64,000 nt of DNA, taken from contig OY969569.1 in the NCBI GenBank assembly GCA_963701185.1, positions 667,548 through 731,547 on the forward strand, given 5' to 3'. Under the pieces are notes generated by a model that worked only from the letters and a program-made list of their open reading frames with translations, was not told where the DNA came from and ran no database searches. Positions within the stretch are counted from its first letter, which is position 1; each line of letters starts with the position of its first letter. Origin of the DNA: Candidatus Gottesmanbacteria bacterium. GTDB taxonomy: Bacteria > Patescibacteriota > Microgenomatia > UBA10105 > UBA927. Made by a program: the position numbers and the translations under genes. Positions 1 to 9,846 of the stretch are shown here, piece by piece.

Positions 1-210
1 TATAGTCTGATCTTTTATGATCGCATTTTTGAGCTCGTCGGCAATTTTCGCCGGATTTTTTTTCAGAGACTTCGAAAGAAGCATTGCGACGTTGGTTGAG
101 TAGTCCCCGTGCATGGGATTTTCCGGGACGGAAACGGTCGGCAGAGCAACATCCTCAACCCCCATCCCCTCCAAAACCCGCTCCAGTAAATCCGCAATCG
201 TTTTCTTCAT
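1..210 (-). CDS. argS: Arginine--tRNA ligase, N-terminal part (runs off window edge)
   Basis: Manual translation from ATG at 210: MKKTIADLLERVLEG...PENPMHGDYSTNVAMLLSKSLKKNPAKIADEL; HGDYSTNVAM...KNP is the ArgRS N-terminal motif; directly follows argG. Confidence 0.88.
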   Translation of the reverse strand, partial: MKKTIADLLERVLEGMGVEDVALPTVSVPENPMHGDYSTNVAMLLSKSLKKNPAKIADELKNAIIKDQTI

Positions 211-223
211 TATTTTTATACTA

Positions 224-1471
224 TCACTTCCCTATTTGATTCGCCAGCTTCATCTGCAGGCTATAGATCTCGATAAACCCCGCCGATGCATTCACATTAA
301 ACTTGTATCCGTCGGTATTCGTAAATGACGTATGGGCAAGCCCAAACGGCGACTTCATCGTGACGACATCGACCTTGCCTTTCAACAGTTTGACCGTCAC
401 CTCACCGGTCACCTTTTGGTTGACAAAGTCATTAAACGCATTGATAGACTGCATGACCGGGTCGTACCAGAGAGCGTTGTAGCAGAGATAGCCCCACTTA
501 ACATCCATTTCGTCTTTGAGCTGGTTCAACTTCTGCGTCGACACGTATTTTTCCAGGGCTTTATGCGCCTCGATAATGACGTGGGCCGCCGGAAGCTCAT
601 ACACGCCGACATCTTTGACGCCGACGAGCCTGTCCTCTACCATGTGCACGACGCCGACGCCGTGGGCACCTGCAATCAGGTTCAGCTTACCGATGACGGC
701 CGCAAGAGATAATTTTTCGCCACTCAGCGCCACGGGAATCCCCTTTTCAAACGTCAGCGTGACGAATTCCGGCGCGTTGGGCGCGTTTTCGGGAAGCGTA
801 TAGGTCGTGAGGAATTTCTCGATCGGCGAAATAATGGCCGGATCTTCTATCTCCCCGCCTTCCCAGGTCATGCCCCACATGTTATCGTCCACGCTATACG
901 GAAAATCTATACGTGCCGGGACCGGTATCCCGTGCTTTTTTGCATACGCGATCTCGTCGTTTCTATCCATGCCCCATTCACGGACCGGCGCGATAATCTT
1001 AATCTTCGGGTTGAGCGTCAGCGCATACCCTTCGATACGCACCTGATCATTTCCCTTGCCCGTACAACCGTGCGCAATCGCATCCGCGCCGTATTTTTTG
1101 GCCATGTCAACGGCGACTTTGGCAATAATTGCCCTGCCCATGGGCGTCGACAAATGATAATTCCCCTGATAGCACGCGTTAGCCTTAATCCCTTTTGCCA
1201 AATACTCATTGGCAAATTCTTCTTTCACGTCCAACGTCATTGCCTTCACCGCGCCAAATTTGAGGGCTTTTTTCTTGATGGCGGCCAAATCATCCTTCTG
1301 CTGACCGATATCCAGCGTGAGCGCGATAATCTCTGCCTTGTACTGATCTTTGATCCATGTGAGCATGACGCTCGTATCCAGCCCGCCGGAATAGAGCAGA
1401 AGCACCTTTTTTACCTCGCCTTTTTTGGCCTCGTAGGAGGCAGCTTTAATGTAATTGGTTTTCGTTTTCAT
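224..1471 (-). CDS. argG: Argininosuccinate synthase
   Basis: LLYSGGLDTS, AHGCTGKGNDQVR, YSVDDNMWG motifs; start taken at MKTKTNY. Confidence 0.97.
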   Translation of the reverse strand: MKTKTNYIKAASYEAKKGEVKKVLLLYSGGLDTSVMLTWIKDQYKAEIIALTLDIGQQKDDLAAIKKKALKFGAVKAMTLDVKEEFANEYLAKGIKANACYQGNYHLSTPMGRAIIAKVAVDMAKKYGADAIAHGCTGKGNDQVRIEGYALTLNPKIKIIAPVREWGMDRNDEIAYAKKHGIPVPARIDFPYSVDDNMWGMTWEGGEIEDPAIISPIEKFLTTYTLPENAPNAPEFVTLTFEKGIPVALSGEKLSLAAVIGKLNLIAGAHGVGVVHMVEDRLVGVKDVGVYELPAAHVIIEAHKALEKYVSTQKLNQLKDEMDVKWGYLCYNALWYDPVMQSINAFNDFVNQKVTGEVTVKLLKGKVDVVTMKSPFGLAHTSFTNTDGYKFNVNASAGFIEIYSLQMKLANQIGK

Positions 1472-2753
1472 ACAGTTTAACCTCCTTTCTGAGCTTTGAA
1501 AGTCCCAGATTACCTGGTCCCCCACGATGATTTGAAGCCTTAAGAACTGTGAGCGGATCAACGTTTGTAAGGCACGAAAGCGACATTCCAATTTTTTTAT
1601 ACGCATCCCTAAAGGGCATTCCCTTTTTTACCAATTCATACGCTGCGTGTGTGGCAAAAAGCTCCGGCGTGCAGGCATTGTGTAAAATCTCGATATTCGG
1701 TTTTACACCTGAAAGAACAAGATTAACAATCGCCAGTGAAGAGATAGTCGTTTCTATCGCATGCATAAACGGCCCCTTGGTTTGACCAAAATCCGCGTTA
1801 TACCCTGATGGCAATCCTATTGAGGTCGATGCGACGAGCCCTTCATCTGCTGCAACTGCGTGCGCATTTGCCCGTAGATATTCCATAACATCCACATTGT
1901 TTTTCTGCGGCATAATGCTTGATCCGGTTGTTATATCCGGTGCGACAGTAAAAAAACTAAATTCACTTGTGGTGAACAAGAGAAGATCCGATGCAAAACG
2001 TGAGAGCGTCAGCATAATCTGCGTAAGCGCCGCCATCACTGCAAGGTGACTTTTGGGGCGGGAAACCTGACAGTACAGTGAGTTATTCTGCGTTTTAGCA
2101 AAACCAAGCAGTTTTGAGGTCAATTCTCTATCTATCGGCAATGAAACTCCGTACGCGGCTCCAGAGCCCAACGGATTTTGGTCATTTATAGCGAAAGCTG
2201 TCGCCAGTATCTTCACGTCATCAAACAGACTCTCCGCAAAACTTCCCGCCCACATACCTACCGATGAGGGCATTGCTTTTTGCATGTGCGTGTAGCCCGG
2301 CATAGGAACAAATTCGTACGTTTGCGCAAACGAAATAAAAGCATCAATAAGCGGGAAAACGGCAGCAGTGATTTGCGTACACTGATCTTTTGTATAGAGC
2401 CTCAAATCAACCTGAATTTGATCGTTGCGGCTTCTGCCGGTATGAAGTTTTTTGGCGACATCACCGACTTTTTCTGTTAGGAACCCCTCAACCTTTGTGT
2501 GTACGTCTTCATCCCCCATCTGAACGGTAAATTTACCTGCTTTATGAAGCGCCGAAATTTTATTGAGGCCATTCACCAATAGTGCACATTCTTTTTTTGT
2601 GAGTATGCCGATTTTGGTAAGCATTTTTGCATGAGCAATAGATCCCATCACATCGTAGGGGATAAGTTTCGTATCCAGCGCAAGCGTATCGCCGAAACAA
2701 TATGCCTCGGCAATTGGATCCTGTTTGATATTTTTTTCCCAAAGTTTTTTCAT
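1446..2753 (-). CDS. argH: Argininosuccinate lyase
   Basis: LHTGRSRNDQ, MPGYTHMQKA, GSSIMPQKNN, GMPFRDAY motifs; GGAG RBS upstream of MKKLW. Confidence 0.97.
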   Translation of the reverse strand: MKKLWEKNIKQDPIAEAYCFGDTLALDTKLIPYDVMGSIAHAKMLTKIGILTKKECALLVNGLNKISALHKAGKFTVQMGDEDVHTKVEGFLTEKVGDVAKKLHTGRSRNDQIQVDLRLYTKDQCTQITAAVFPLIDAFISFAQTYEFVPMPGYTHMQKAMPSSVGMWAGSFAESLFDDVKILATAFAINDQNPLGSGAAYGVSLPIDRELTSKLLGFAKTQNNSLYCQVSRPKSHLAVMAALTQIMLTLSRFASDLLLFTTSEFSFFTVAPDITTGSSIMPQKNNVDVMEYLRANAHAVAADEGLVASTSIGLPSGYNADFGQTKGPFMHAIETTISSLAIVNLVLSGVKPNIEILHNACTPELFATHAAYELVKKGMPFRDAYKKIGMSLSCLTNVDPLTVLKASNHRGGPGNLGLSKLRKEVKLYENENQLH

Positions 2754-2772
2754 ATGTTCTCCTTTTTTCCCA

Positions 2773-2996
2773 CAAAAAATCCCCTTGAGCCTCAATCCCT
2801 AAAGAGGGATGGAGGCACAAAGGGACGTTTAAAACGTGGTGCCACCCTGATTTTCAACTCTAAGTCCCGAGGGACAAAAAAATCTGCTGTAAAAGCCTTG
2901 ACAGCAAATGAGTTGACTCATTTAATGCTTCTTACTTGCCACCTTTCGATGACTTTCTTCAGAAGCGGGCTCCGGTGCTCGACACCATCATCGCCC
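2773..2996 (-). promoter_or_regulatory. T-box riboswitch (Arg, CGA specifier) with ultrashort Stem I and intrinsic terminator
   Basis: Minus-strand RNA: K-turn stem GGGC-GAUGAU-GGUG(UCGAG)CACC-GGA-GCCC; Stem II GCUUCU-GAA..GUCAUC-GAAA-GGUGGC..AGUA-AGAAGC (S-turn); T-box AGGGUGGCACCACG at 2848-2835; long hairpin plus U6 before argH. Confidence 0.85.
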
Positions 2997-3022
2997 TATT
3001 AACTTTTTAAGTACAAAAAAGT

Positions 3023-3050
3023 ATTATACTACGAAAACAGGGTTTGTCAA
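3023..3050 (-). promoter_or_regulatory. sigma70-type promoter of arg operon
   Basis: TTGACA-N16-TATAAT on minus strand just upstream of the T-box leader. Confidence 0.8.
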
Positions 3051-3061
3051 GAGCTAAAATA

Positions 3062-3838
3062 TCACCGGGTATGTGACAGCGTTTCGTTAAGAAACGGAAG
3101 GATAAATGTGTCTAAAACAAGATGGACATGCAGTTGTTTTTCCGCTCTGGTCCCACACCCCGGAATCTCAAAAACAAATGCCCGCTTCACCGACCCCAGA
3201 CCCCGCGCGCCCAGATCGACCAGATGCGTCTCGTATGTCGTATCATAATGGTCCGATGCCGTCGTCTGCACATATCCGTCGGTAATCCAATTTCCTAAAT
3301 CCGGAGCATCCGATCCCGTAAACGTTCCGAACCCTTGTTTTTTTATGACTCCGACGAGATTCTTCCGTAACCGGTGCACCAGATCTTCCGCGATTGAATC
3401 ATCCGTATGCTGCGGAATATCATAAAAATAAAACGGGGCGGGGCTGTCTTCATGATCTTCGTGGAAAGAAAACATATAGTGAAGCGGAAATTTGTCTGTA
3501 CATAACCGTAACAGCCGCGCTCTCGGGTGCGTGGGCATCTCTCCGGGAACTGGAAATTGGCGGTTTATATCTACGCCGTCCCCATCGCGTGTTCTGGCGT
3601 GTATGGCCGCCGGATGAGCGTGGGAGATACGGATGTGGGAATATTTCAGCTCACCGGTAACCGTCCGGTGATTTAATGCCGTACGGACAATGCCGATAAC
3701 GACGGCTTCATGTCCATGAAGCCCTGTCACAAACCCCACCTGCGGCTCCCCAATCCCCTGAAACAGGTCATATGCCAGCGATGATTCCCCGTCGATGAGG
3801 GTGTTGTGTATCCATGGCGTCTGAAGCTCTTTTCCCAT
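3062..3838 (-). CDS. M14/succinylglutamate desuccinylase-aspartoacylase family Zn hydrolase
   Basis: GLHGHE, DINRQFP, FSFHED and C-terminal FEIP motifs. Confidence 0.65.
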   Translation of the reverse strand: MGKELQTPWIHNTLIDGESSLAYDLFQGIGEPQVGFVTGLHGHEAVVIGIVRTALNHRTVTGELKYSHIRISHAHPAAIHARTRDGDGVDINRQFPVPGEMPTHPRARLLRLCTDKFPLHYMFSFHEDHEDSPAPFYFYDIPQHTDDSIAEDLVHRLRKNLVGVIKKQGFGTFTGSDAPDLGNWITDGYVQTTASDHYDTTYETHLVDLGARGLGSVKRAFVFEIPGCGTRAEKQLHVHLVLDTFILPFLNETLSHTR

Positions 3839-3855
3839 AAAACGCGTATGATACC

Positions 3856-4695
3856 TTATCTCGCTGCGACAGTCCAGTGTAATCCATCTGAGACAACCTC
3901 AATGTCCCCTTCTTTATCCGTCCGATGAATGGTAGATCCGGACTTTTGGAGCATATCAATGGCCTCCGTGGACGGGTGGCCGTAGCTGTTTTTCCCGACG
4001 GAAATGACGGAAATCTTCGGTTTAAGCCAGTCAATAAACCCTTGCGTCATGCCGGTTTTTGCGCCGTGATGCGGAACTTTTAGCAGTTCGACGTCGCTGA
4101 CTGCTAAATCCTGACGCAGTGTCATGTCGCCGGAGAAAAGTGCATCAAATGTCCCGTACCGCAGCAAAAAAACAAGACTTCCTTCGTTAAGATCCGCATC
4201 TGTTGTAACCCCCAGGACACTTTCTTGGGTAGGCCAGAGGACGGAAAGGGAAGCGGGGCCGATGGAAATTTTTTCTCCACGCATCACTAACCGCTGCGGA
4301 ATGTGATGTGCTTTGATTGCATCAGCAAATTGGGTGTACACATCGGACGAACTTGCGACGTCACTGCGTACAACATAGTCAACGCGGTACCGATTCAAAA
4401 CGGAAATAAGACCTTTGAGATGATCATTTTGCGGATGCGAGTTCACAACCAAATTTATTTCCCTATCCCAAAACGGCATAGCACGCCCGAGGCACGAGAG
4501 CACCGAATCGTTGGGTCCGCCGTCAACCAGCATGTCGCGCCCGTCGGGAAATCGGACATACGCGGCGTCGCCCTGACCGACGTTGCAAAAGAATATATGC
4601 AGCTTTCCGTCGGGTAATGTGGTGAGAAAACTAACTAGCAGTATACAGCCTGTAATTATTCCGCTTATCACATATCCCCAGCGCAGTTTAAACAT
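3856..4695 (-). CDS. comEC: ComEC/Rec2 metallo-beta-lactamase-fold domain protein
   Basis: NVGQGDA, LVDGGP, SHPQNDH, LKVPHHG, SVGKNSYGHP, RTDKEGDI. Confidence 0.9.
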   Translation of the reverse strand: MFKLRWGYVISGIITGCILLVSFLTTLPDGKLHIFFCNVGQGDAAYVRFPDGRDMLVDGGPNDSVLSCLGRAMPFWDREINLVVNSHPQNDHLKGLISVLNRYRVDYVVRSDVASSSDVYTQFADAIKAHHIPQRLVMRGEKISIGPASLSVLWPTQESVLGVTTDADLNEGSLVFLLRYGTFDALFSGDMTLRQDLAVSDVELLKVPHHGAKTGMTQGFIDWLKPKISVISVGKNSYGHPSTEAIDMLQKSGSTIHRTDKEGDIEVVSDGLHWTVAAR

Positions 4696-4800
4696 AACTA
4701 GTAGCCTCTAGTAAATGGTTTTACGCCCAATATTTTTCCTGTTTTACGCATGCCGTGTTTAGTTTGATCTAGTTATTTTGAAGCTGGCTTATTCAATAAC

Positions 4801-5577
4801 TCACCATCCGAGACTGGAAAACGGTAGTTTTGCTGTCCACTCAACCATCACAATCAGGTATTCCAAAAATACCCAACTGACCCAACCAAAGACAACCCCC
4901 ATCGGCAACCAGATCCATCCGAGTATTGCCCCCGCCATGCCGATGGCAGTGACGGGAGCGATGACCCACCCGATGAGAATATTGGTGAGGGGAGCGACCA
5001 GAGAAATTCGTCGGAACGTTACGAGAATCAGGGGAATGGTAAACACTTGCGCCGAAAGCGTCGTCTGCAGCGTGTCCTGAATAAAATTTTTTTGTTTTTT
5101 TCCAAATAGAATAATTCCCAAAGTCGCCAAGGCTGAAAGCTGAAACGACAGGTCGCCGATCCATGACGGTTTCACCAAAAGCATGATGCCGACGGTAAGA
5201 ATGTAGCTGAATATGCTCCAGTTGGGCCTGCCTACGAGGACGGCAAATAATGTGAGACAGCCCATGATGGCGGCCCGGACAACACTTGCCGACGGCCCGA
5301 CAAACCAAACAAAACCTATAATAATCAGTATTGTCAGAAGACTGGCGATGCGGCGGCTGACAATCCGCAGAAACGTCGTGATGGAAAGATCGGCTAAAAT
5401 CGAGATATTCATGCCGGAGAGCGCGACAATGTGCAATGTTCCGGTTGCCGTTAATGCATCCAGAAAATCTTTTGATAAAGTAGCCTTGGTACCGAATAAG
5501 ATACCGGCCAGCAGGCCTGCGTGAGGCTCCGGAAGGACCTGATTGATAACGGATGTAAATGTCGAAATGGTCATCAT
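4801..5577 (-). CDS. comEC: ComEC competence membrane channel domain
   Basis: GTLHIVALSGMNI, SVVRAAIM, SFQLSALAT, multiple TM helices. Confidence 0.92.
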   Translation of the reverse strand: MMTISTFTSVINQVLPEPHAGLLAGILFGTKATLSKDFLDALTATGTLHIVALSGMNISILADLSITTFLRIVSRRIASLLTILIIIGFVWFVGPSASVVRAAIMGCLTLFAVLVGRPNWSIFSYILTVGIMLLVKPSWIGDLSFQLSALATLGIILFGKKQKNFIQDTLQTTLSAQVFTIPLILVTFRRISLVAPLTNILIGWVIAPVTAIGMAGAILGWIWLPMGVVFGWVSWVFLEYLIVMVEWTAKLPFSSLGW

Positions 5578-5593
5578 ACGACGTCCTGGGGCA

Positions 5594-6169
5594 TTACAGT
5601 GACAGGTTGTCTTTTAGTTTATCGTATAAAGACGCACTGATTGCCTTTTTCGTGACCAGCTCGTCCAACGTCTGATACGGCCGATTGTCGATGATTTTTT
5701 GCGCCGTGACCGGACCCACGCCGGATAAACCATCTAATTGGGTGAGCGTTGCAAAGTTTACCGACACCAACCCATTTTGTGTATTACTAATAATGTGCGA
5801 CGTCTGATCCGTACCTTTGGGAGGGATATATAATTTTGCCCCGTCCGTCATTTTTTGCGCGCGGTTCACCGTTTTTGCAAATAATGCCTCATCTGCATCT
5901 TCCCCTAAACCTCCGGCTGCCGTTATGGCATCCTCTACTCGGCTACCTGTTGGCAGGGTGTAGACGCCGGGATTTTCGATCGCCCCCTCGACGTCTACCG
6001 TGAGTGTCGCGGAACCCGTAGCCTCAACTCGGTCGGACGAAAATTCAATGGGCGTGGTCGTTTGGACCGATTGGACAAGAAGAATGATGGATATGACGAT
6101 CGCGGCGACGCTCACTCCCCCGAGAATCATGGGGATTTTATACGAGCGAAAGATTACCGGCACATCCAT
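5594..6169 (-). CDS. comEA: ComEA DNA-binding competence protein (SLBB + HhH)
   Basis: N-terminal TM, VDVEGAIENPGVY, GSRVEDAITAAGG, LSGVGPVTAQKII. Confidence 0.92.
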   Translation of the reverse strand: MDVPVIFRSYKIPMILGGVSVAAIVISIILLVQSVQTTTPIEFSSDRVEATGSATLTVDVEGAIENPGVYTLPTGSRVEDAITAAGGLGEDADEALFAKTVNRAQKMTDGAKLYIPPKGTDQTSHIISNTQNGLVSVNFATLTQLDGLSGVGPVTAQKIIDNRPYQTLDELVTKKAISASLYDKLKDNLSL

Positions 6170-6178
6170 AAGCGGAAC

Positions 6179-8779
6179 CTACATAACGAAGTTTATCAGT
6201 CTCCCCGGAACAAAAATTATCTTTTTCACCGCTTTTCCCGCGAGATATTTTTTAATATTTTCCCGATTTTTTGCTTCCGTCTCTATATCTTTCTGTATAG
6301 AAGCACTGCCCGCTGCTACGGTAATTGTATCGCGAAGTTTTCCATTCACTTGAATGGCAATTGTCACGTCCTCACGAAGTATTTTAGACGTATCACTTTT
6401 TGGCCACGGCTGGAGATGCACGGATTGTGATGGTTTGAACTCTTTATATCCATTTACCTGCTGCCACAGCTCTTCGGCACAATGCGGCGCAAGCGGCGCC
6501 AAGATACAAATAAACTTTTTGAGATCATCAATACCCACTGTTGTCTGTTCATCACTCACTCCATTCGTCCACTCCATCAAACCGGCTATCGCTGTATTAT
6601 ACCGACGCTTTTCAAGATCATCACCGACCCGACGAATGGCCTTCTCAAGCGCCGAAGATATTGCAGCGCTCGATGTCTGTGACTGCTTACTGACCGATGC
6701 CTGTGCCATACGCCATATACGACCAACCCACCGGGACATTCCCTCCATGGCGGTATCACGGAAATCGCCACCCTGATCGAACGGCCCCATGAACATTAAA
6801 TAGAGCCGCAATGCATCAGAACCATACAATTTTATATATTCATCGGGGTTCACGACATTCCCTTTACTTTTGCTCATCTTCGCGCCGTCTTTGATCACTA
6901 ACCCGTGGGCATAAAAACGGGTAAACGGCTCTTCGAAATCTACGTATCCCCAGTCATGGAGGGCCATCGTGACAAAACGGGCATACATAAGATGCAACAC
7001 GGAGTGTTCTGCCCCGCCGGTATATAGAGAAACCGGAAGCCATTTTTTGGTAATCGCGGGATCCCAGGGTAATTTTTGCTTGTCATCCCCGACCTGATCG
7101 GGGATCTGCGTTTGATTTCCTTTAAAACCAATACCGATTCCCGCCTTCGCGGGAATGACAACAGAATCGAGGCCAACAGAAGGGTAACGAAGGAAATACC
7201 AGGAACTATCTAAAAATGTATCAGAAACATCTGTTTCCCGTACAGCTTTCCCCCGGCACCCCGGGCAAGTGGTTTCATAAAACTCTTTGTGTTTCGCAAG
7301 CGGCGCCACGCCGTCATCGCCCGGTTTGTAATCCTCAATACGGGGCAACAGAACAGGAAGGTCGCTCTCCGGCACCGCATACCACCCCGGCATGTCTTTC
7401 CGTTCCCCTTTACCTTCTGACGCACACTTCTTACAAAAAATCATCGGAATGGGCGGACCCCAGTAACGTTGGCGGCTGATAAGCCAATCACGCAGATGAT
7501 AGGTCGTCACGCGTACCCCCCACCCTTTTTTCTCCATATAGTCCATAATTTTTTCCGTAGCTTTATGAATATCCATTCCGTCAAGGAATCCGGAATTCAT
7601 CAGTATTCCCGCTTCCTCCTGCACCTGATCCGCCCGTGAAATGTCCGAGATGTCAGCGTCTGCACCTTTAACAACACGAATGATAGGTATATCAAACTGT
7701 ATCGCAAAGGCAAAATCCCTTTTATCATGACCGGGTACTCCAACCACCGCACCGGTCCCCACGCTGGCGAGCACGAAATCGGAAACATAGAGCGGCATAC
7801 GGCGCCCCGTGAGTTGATTGATACAGAAGAGATGCGTGAATACACCGGTTTTTGTCTGACCCTCAGCGATCCGAACACTTTCCATTTTTACTTTGGCAGC
7901 CTCAATATATTGGGTCAGTTTGACACGCTCTTCCTTTTTTATCACTTCCAACACCTTATTGATAAAGGGATGTTCGGGTGCAAGCACTACAAAAGTGGCT
8001 CCAAAATTGGTATCAGGGCGAGTTGTGAAGCATGTCACGTCACCAACGTTCTTACCATTTTCATCAACAACATCATAGGTAATGTTCATTCCCTCTTTTT
8101 TCCCGATCCAATTGGTTTGCGCGACTTTTATTTTTTCTGACCAATCGAGGCTGGATAAGTTTCTCAGTAATTTCTCCGCATATGCGGTAATCTTAAAGAA
8201 CCACTGTTCCAACAATCTTTTCTCTACAATATTCCCGCAACGCTCACATTTCCCATCAATGACCTGTTCATCGGCTAAAACCGTTTTATCCGAAGGACAC
8301 CAGTTTACACTCGCCTTCCTCCGATATGCTAACCCGCGCTTGAACATCTGAACGAATAGCCACTGCGTCCACCGGTAATAGCCGGGGTCGTACGTTTCGA
8401 GCGTCCTGTCCCAATCAAACATCGCACCGATTTTATGCAACTGATCGTAAAATTTCTTTTCTGTCACAACCGCATGGTCCATGGGATGACGGCCGATTTT
8501 CAGCGCGAAATTTTCGCTGTGAATGCCGAATCCATCCAGTCCGATCGGCTCAAACACATCGTACCCCAGCATCCGTTTGAACCGGCCGTAGATATCGGAT
8601 CCCGTGACAGCGTACATATTGCCGACATGCAGCCCTTCCGCGGACGGATACGGGAACATCATAAGGTTATAGAACGGCTTCGTAGCTTTAGAAATATTCG
8701 GAGAATCAAGCTTTGTTTGGCGCCACGCCTTCTGCCATTTTTCCTCGACCTCTGTATGGTCATACAACGGCATCGTCAT
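6179..8779 (-). CDS. leuS: Leucine--tRNA ligase
   Basis: MFPYPSAEGLHVGN (HIGH), FTTRPDT, DWLISRQRYWG, KMSKSKGN; start taken at MTMPLY. Confidence 0.97.
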   Translation of the reverse strand: MTMPLYDHTEVEEKWQKAWRQTKLDSPNISKATKPFYNLMMFPYPSAEGLHVGNMYAVTGSDIYGRFKRMLGYDVFEPIGLDGFGIHSENFALKIGRHPMDHAVVTEKKFYDQLHKIGAMFDWDRTLETYDPGYYRWTQWLFVQMFKRGLAYRRKASVNWCPSDKTVLADEQVIDGKCERCGNIVEKRLLEQWFFKITAYAEKLLRNLSSLDWSEKIKVAQTNWIGKKEGMNITYDVVDENGKNVGDVTCFTTRPDTNFGATFVVLAPEHPFINKVLEVIKKEERVKLTQYIEAAKVKMESVRIAEGQTKTGVFTHLFCINQLTGRRMPLYVSDFVLASVGTGAVVGVPGHDKRDFAFAIQFDIPIIRVVKGADADISDISRADQVQEEAGILMNSGFLDGMDIHKATEKIMDYMEKKGWGVRVTTYHLRDWLISRQRYWGPPIPMIFCKKCASEGKGERKDMPGWYAVPESDLPVLLPRIEDYKPGDDGVAPLAKHKEFYETTCPGCRGKAVRETDVSDTFLDSSWYFLRYPSVGLDSVVIPAKAGIGIGFKGNQTQIPDQVGDDKQKLPWDPAITKKWLPVSLYTGGAEHSVLHLMYARFVTMALHDWGYVDFEEPFTRFYAHGLVIKDGAKMSKSKGNVVNPDEYIKLYGSDALRLYLMFMGPFDQGGDFRDTAMEGMSRWVGRIWRMAQASVSKQSQTSSAAISSALEKAIRRVGDDLEKRRYNTAIAGLMEWTNGVSDEQTTVGIDDLKKFICILAPLAPHCAEELWQQVNGYKEFKPSQSVHLQPWPKSDTSKILREDVTIAIQVNGKLRDTITVAAGSASIQKDIETEAKNRENIKKYLAGKAVKKIIFVPGRLINFVM
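7082..7159. repeat. RPE/REP-like double-hairpin palindromic element, in frame within leuS
   Basis: Minus strand GTCATTCCCGCGAAGGCGGGAATC...GATCCCCGATCAGGTCGGGGATGAC, translated as VIPAKAGI...IPDQVGDD; near-identical copy at 45097-45163. Confidence 0.85.
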
Positions 8780-9432
8780 ATGATATCCATTATATATGAT
8801 AAAAAAACTGGACGCCAACTATATCCTGACTTCCAGATGGAGTAAATATTCCTATAAGCTTCTTATATACGCGTGAAATCATCATGAAATATCCAAATAT
8901 ACAGAAAATCAGCTTCAGAAAACAGCATATATTATGAGCACGCTCTGGATAATCCCTACCTTTTCCCGATCCCCTTTGGCAGTGTGCAGCCAAAAAATGC
9001 GTATTCTTCTAAAATGTTCGTAATGAGATGACAATAATAGTCTATTTATAAAATAGCACTCGAATAGTTGAACTGCCATTTAGCCTCATCTCAAAAATTA
9101 GACTCCGAATTCTCTATTCGCAGCATAATCAGTATTTCACAAACACAATTTCACTATATTATATTACTGTAACGATCCAAATCGTGTATAGCACTATGAA
9201 CATATGATTGCCATTTTGTTCTATACACCATAAAATCCACCCTTCCCCCTACTTTTTATTCAATATTATTATAAGTTATTTCATTTTAAAATGCATCCAC
9301 TATAAGACAAGAATTATCAATATTACAGGCCTCAGTATTAATTTAGGCCGTTCTAACAATCCTTTCATATATCCTCATTTTTCTTATATAGTTACATTTA
9401 TTTCATGCCGTAAAGCATGAAAATTCCAGCAT

Positions 9433-9454
9433 TCATTCAATAATTATTGAATGA
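9433..9454. promoter_or_regulatory. Perfect 22-bp palindrome, candidate TF operator
   Basis: TCATTCAATAATTATTGAATGA is its own reverse complement; lies in AT-rich intergenic gap. Confidence 0.45.
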
Positions 9455-9816
9455 TGATATTGATAGTATGTAGATGGTATGCGTAATATTAACATGCGTT
9501 AATTCGTGAAATGCGTAATTTTAAAGAAATCTCTATTATTTCTCCTTTCTTTGATCATATCCTTACTCCATCATTTTCCCGTTCACGCTTTTTTTCAAAA
9601 AAACAGTCATAAGCTTGACCGGCCCCCGACTCTACTCTTCGCCGATATATATGTAAACAAAACTGCATGAATTTTGTCGATTTGACGGGCTAATCTCAAT
9701 AATACTCAGATATATTTCATATTTCACCCGATAGTAATAGTTATAACATATAAATATGCTCTCCCCATGCAGAGCTTATAGTTTAGCCTCAACACGCTCA
9801 TTTTCCCGCACTATTT

Positions 9817-9846
9817 TTGACAAACACAGCCTCTTCCCTTTTTAAT
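9817..9846 (+). promoter_or_regulatory. Promoter of giant collagen-like gene
   Basis: TTGACA (9817-9822)-N18-TTTAAT (9841-9846), ~90 bp before ATG 9934. Confidence 0.55.

Noticed and set aside
3062-3838. M14 hydrolase as part of the arg operon
   Set aside because: It lies upstream of the arg promoter and T-box, at the end of the leuS-comE run; a functional link is unsupported
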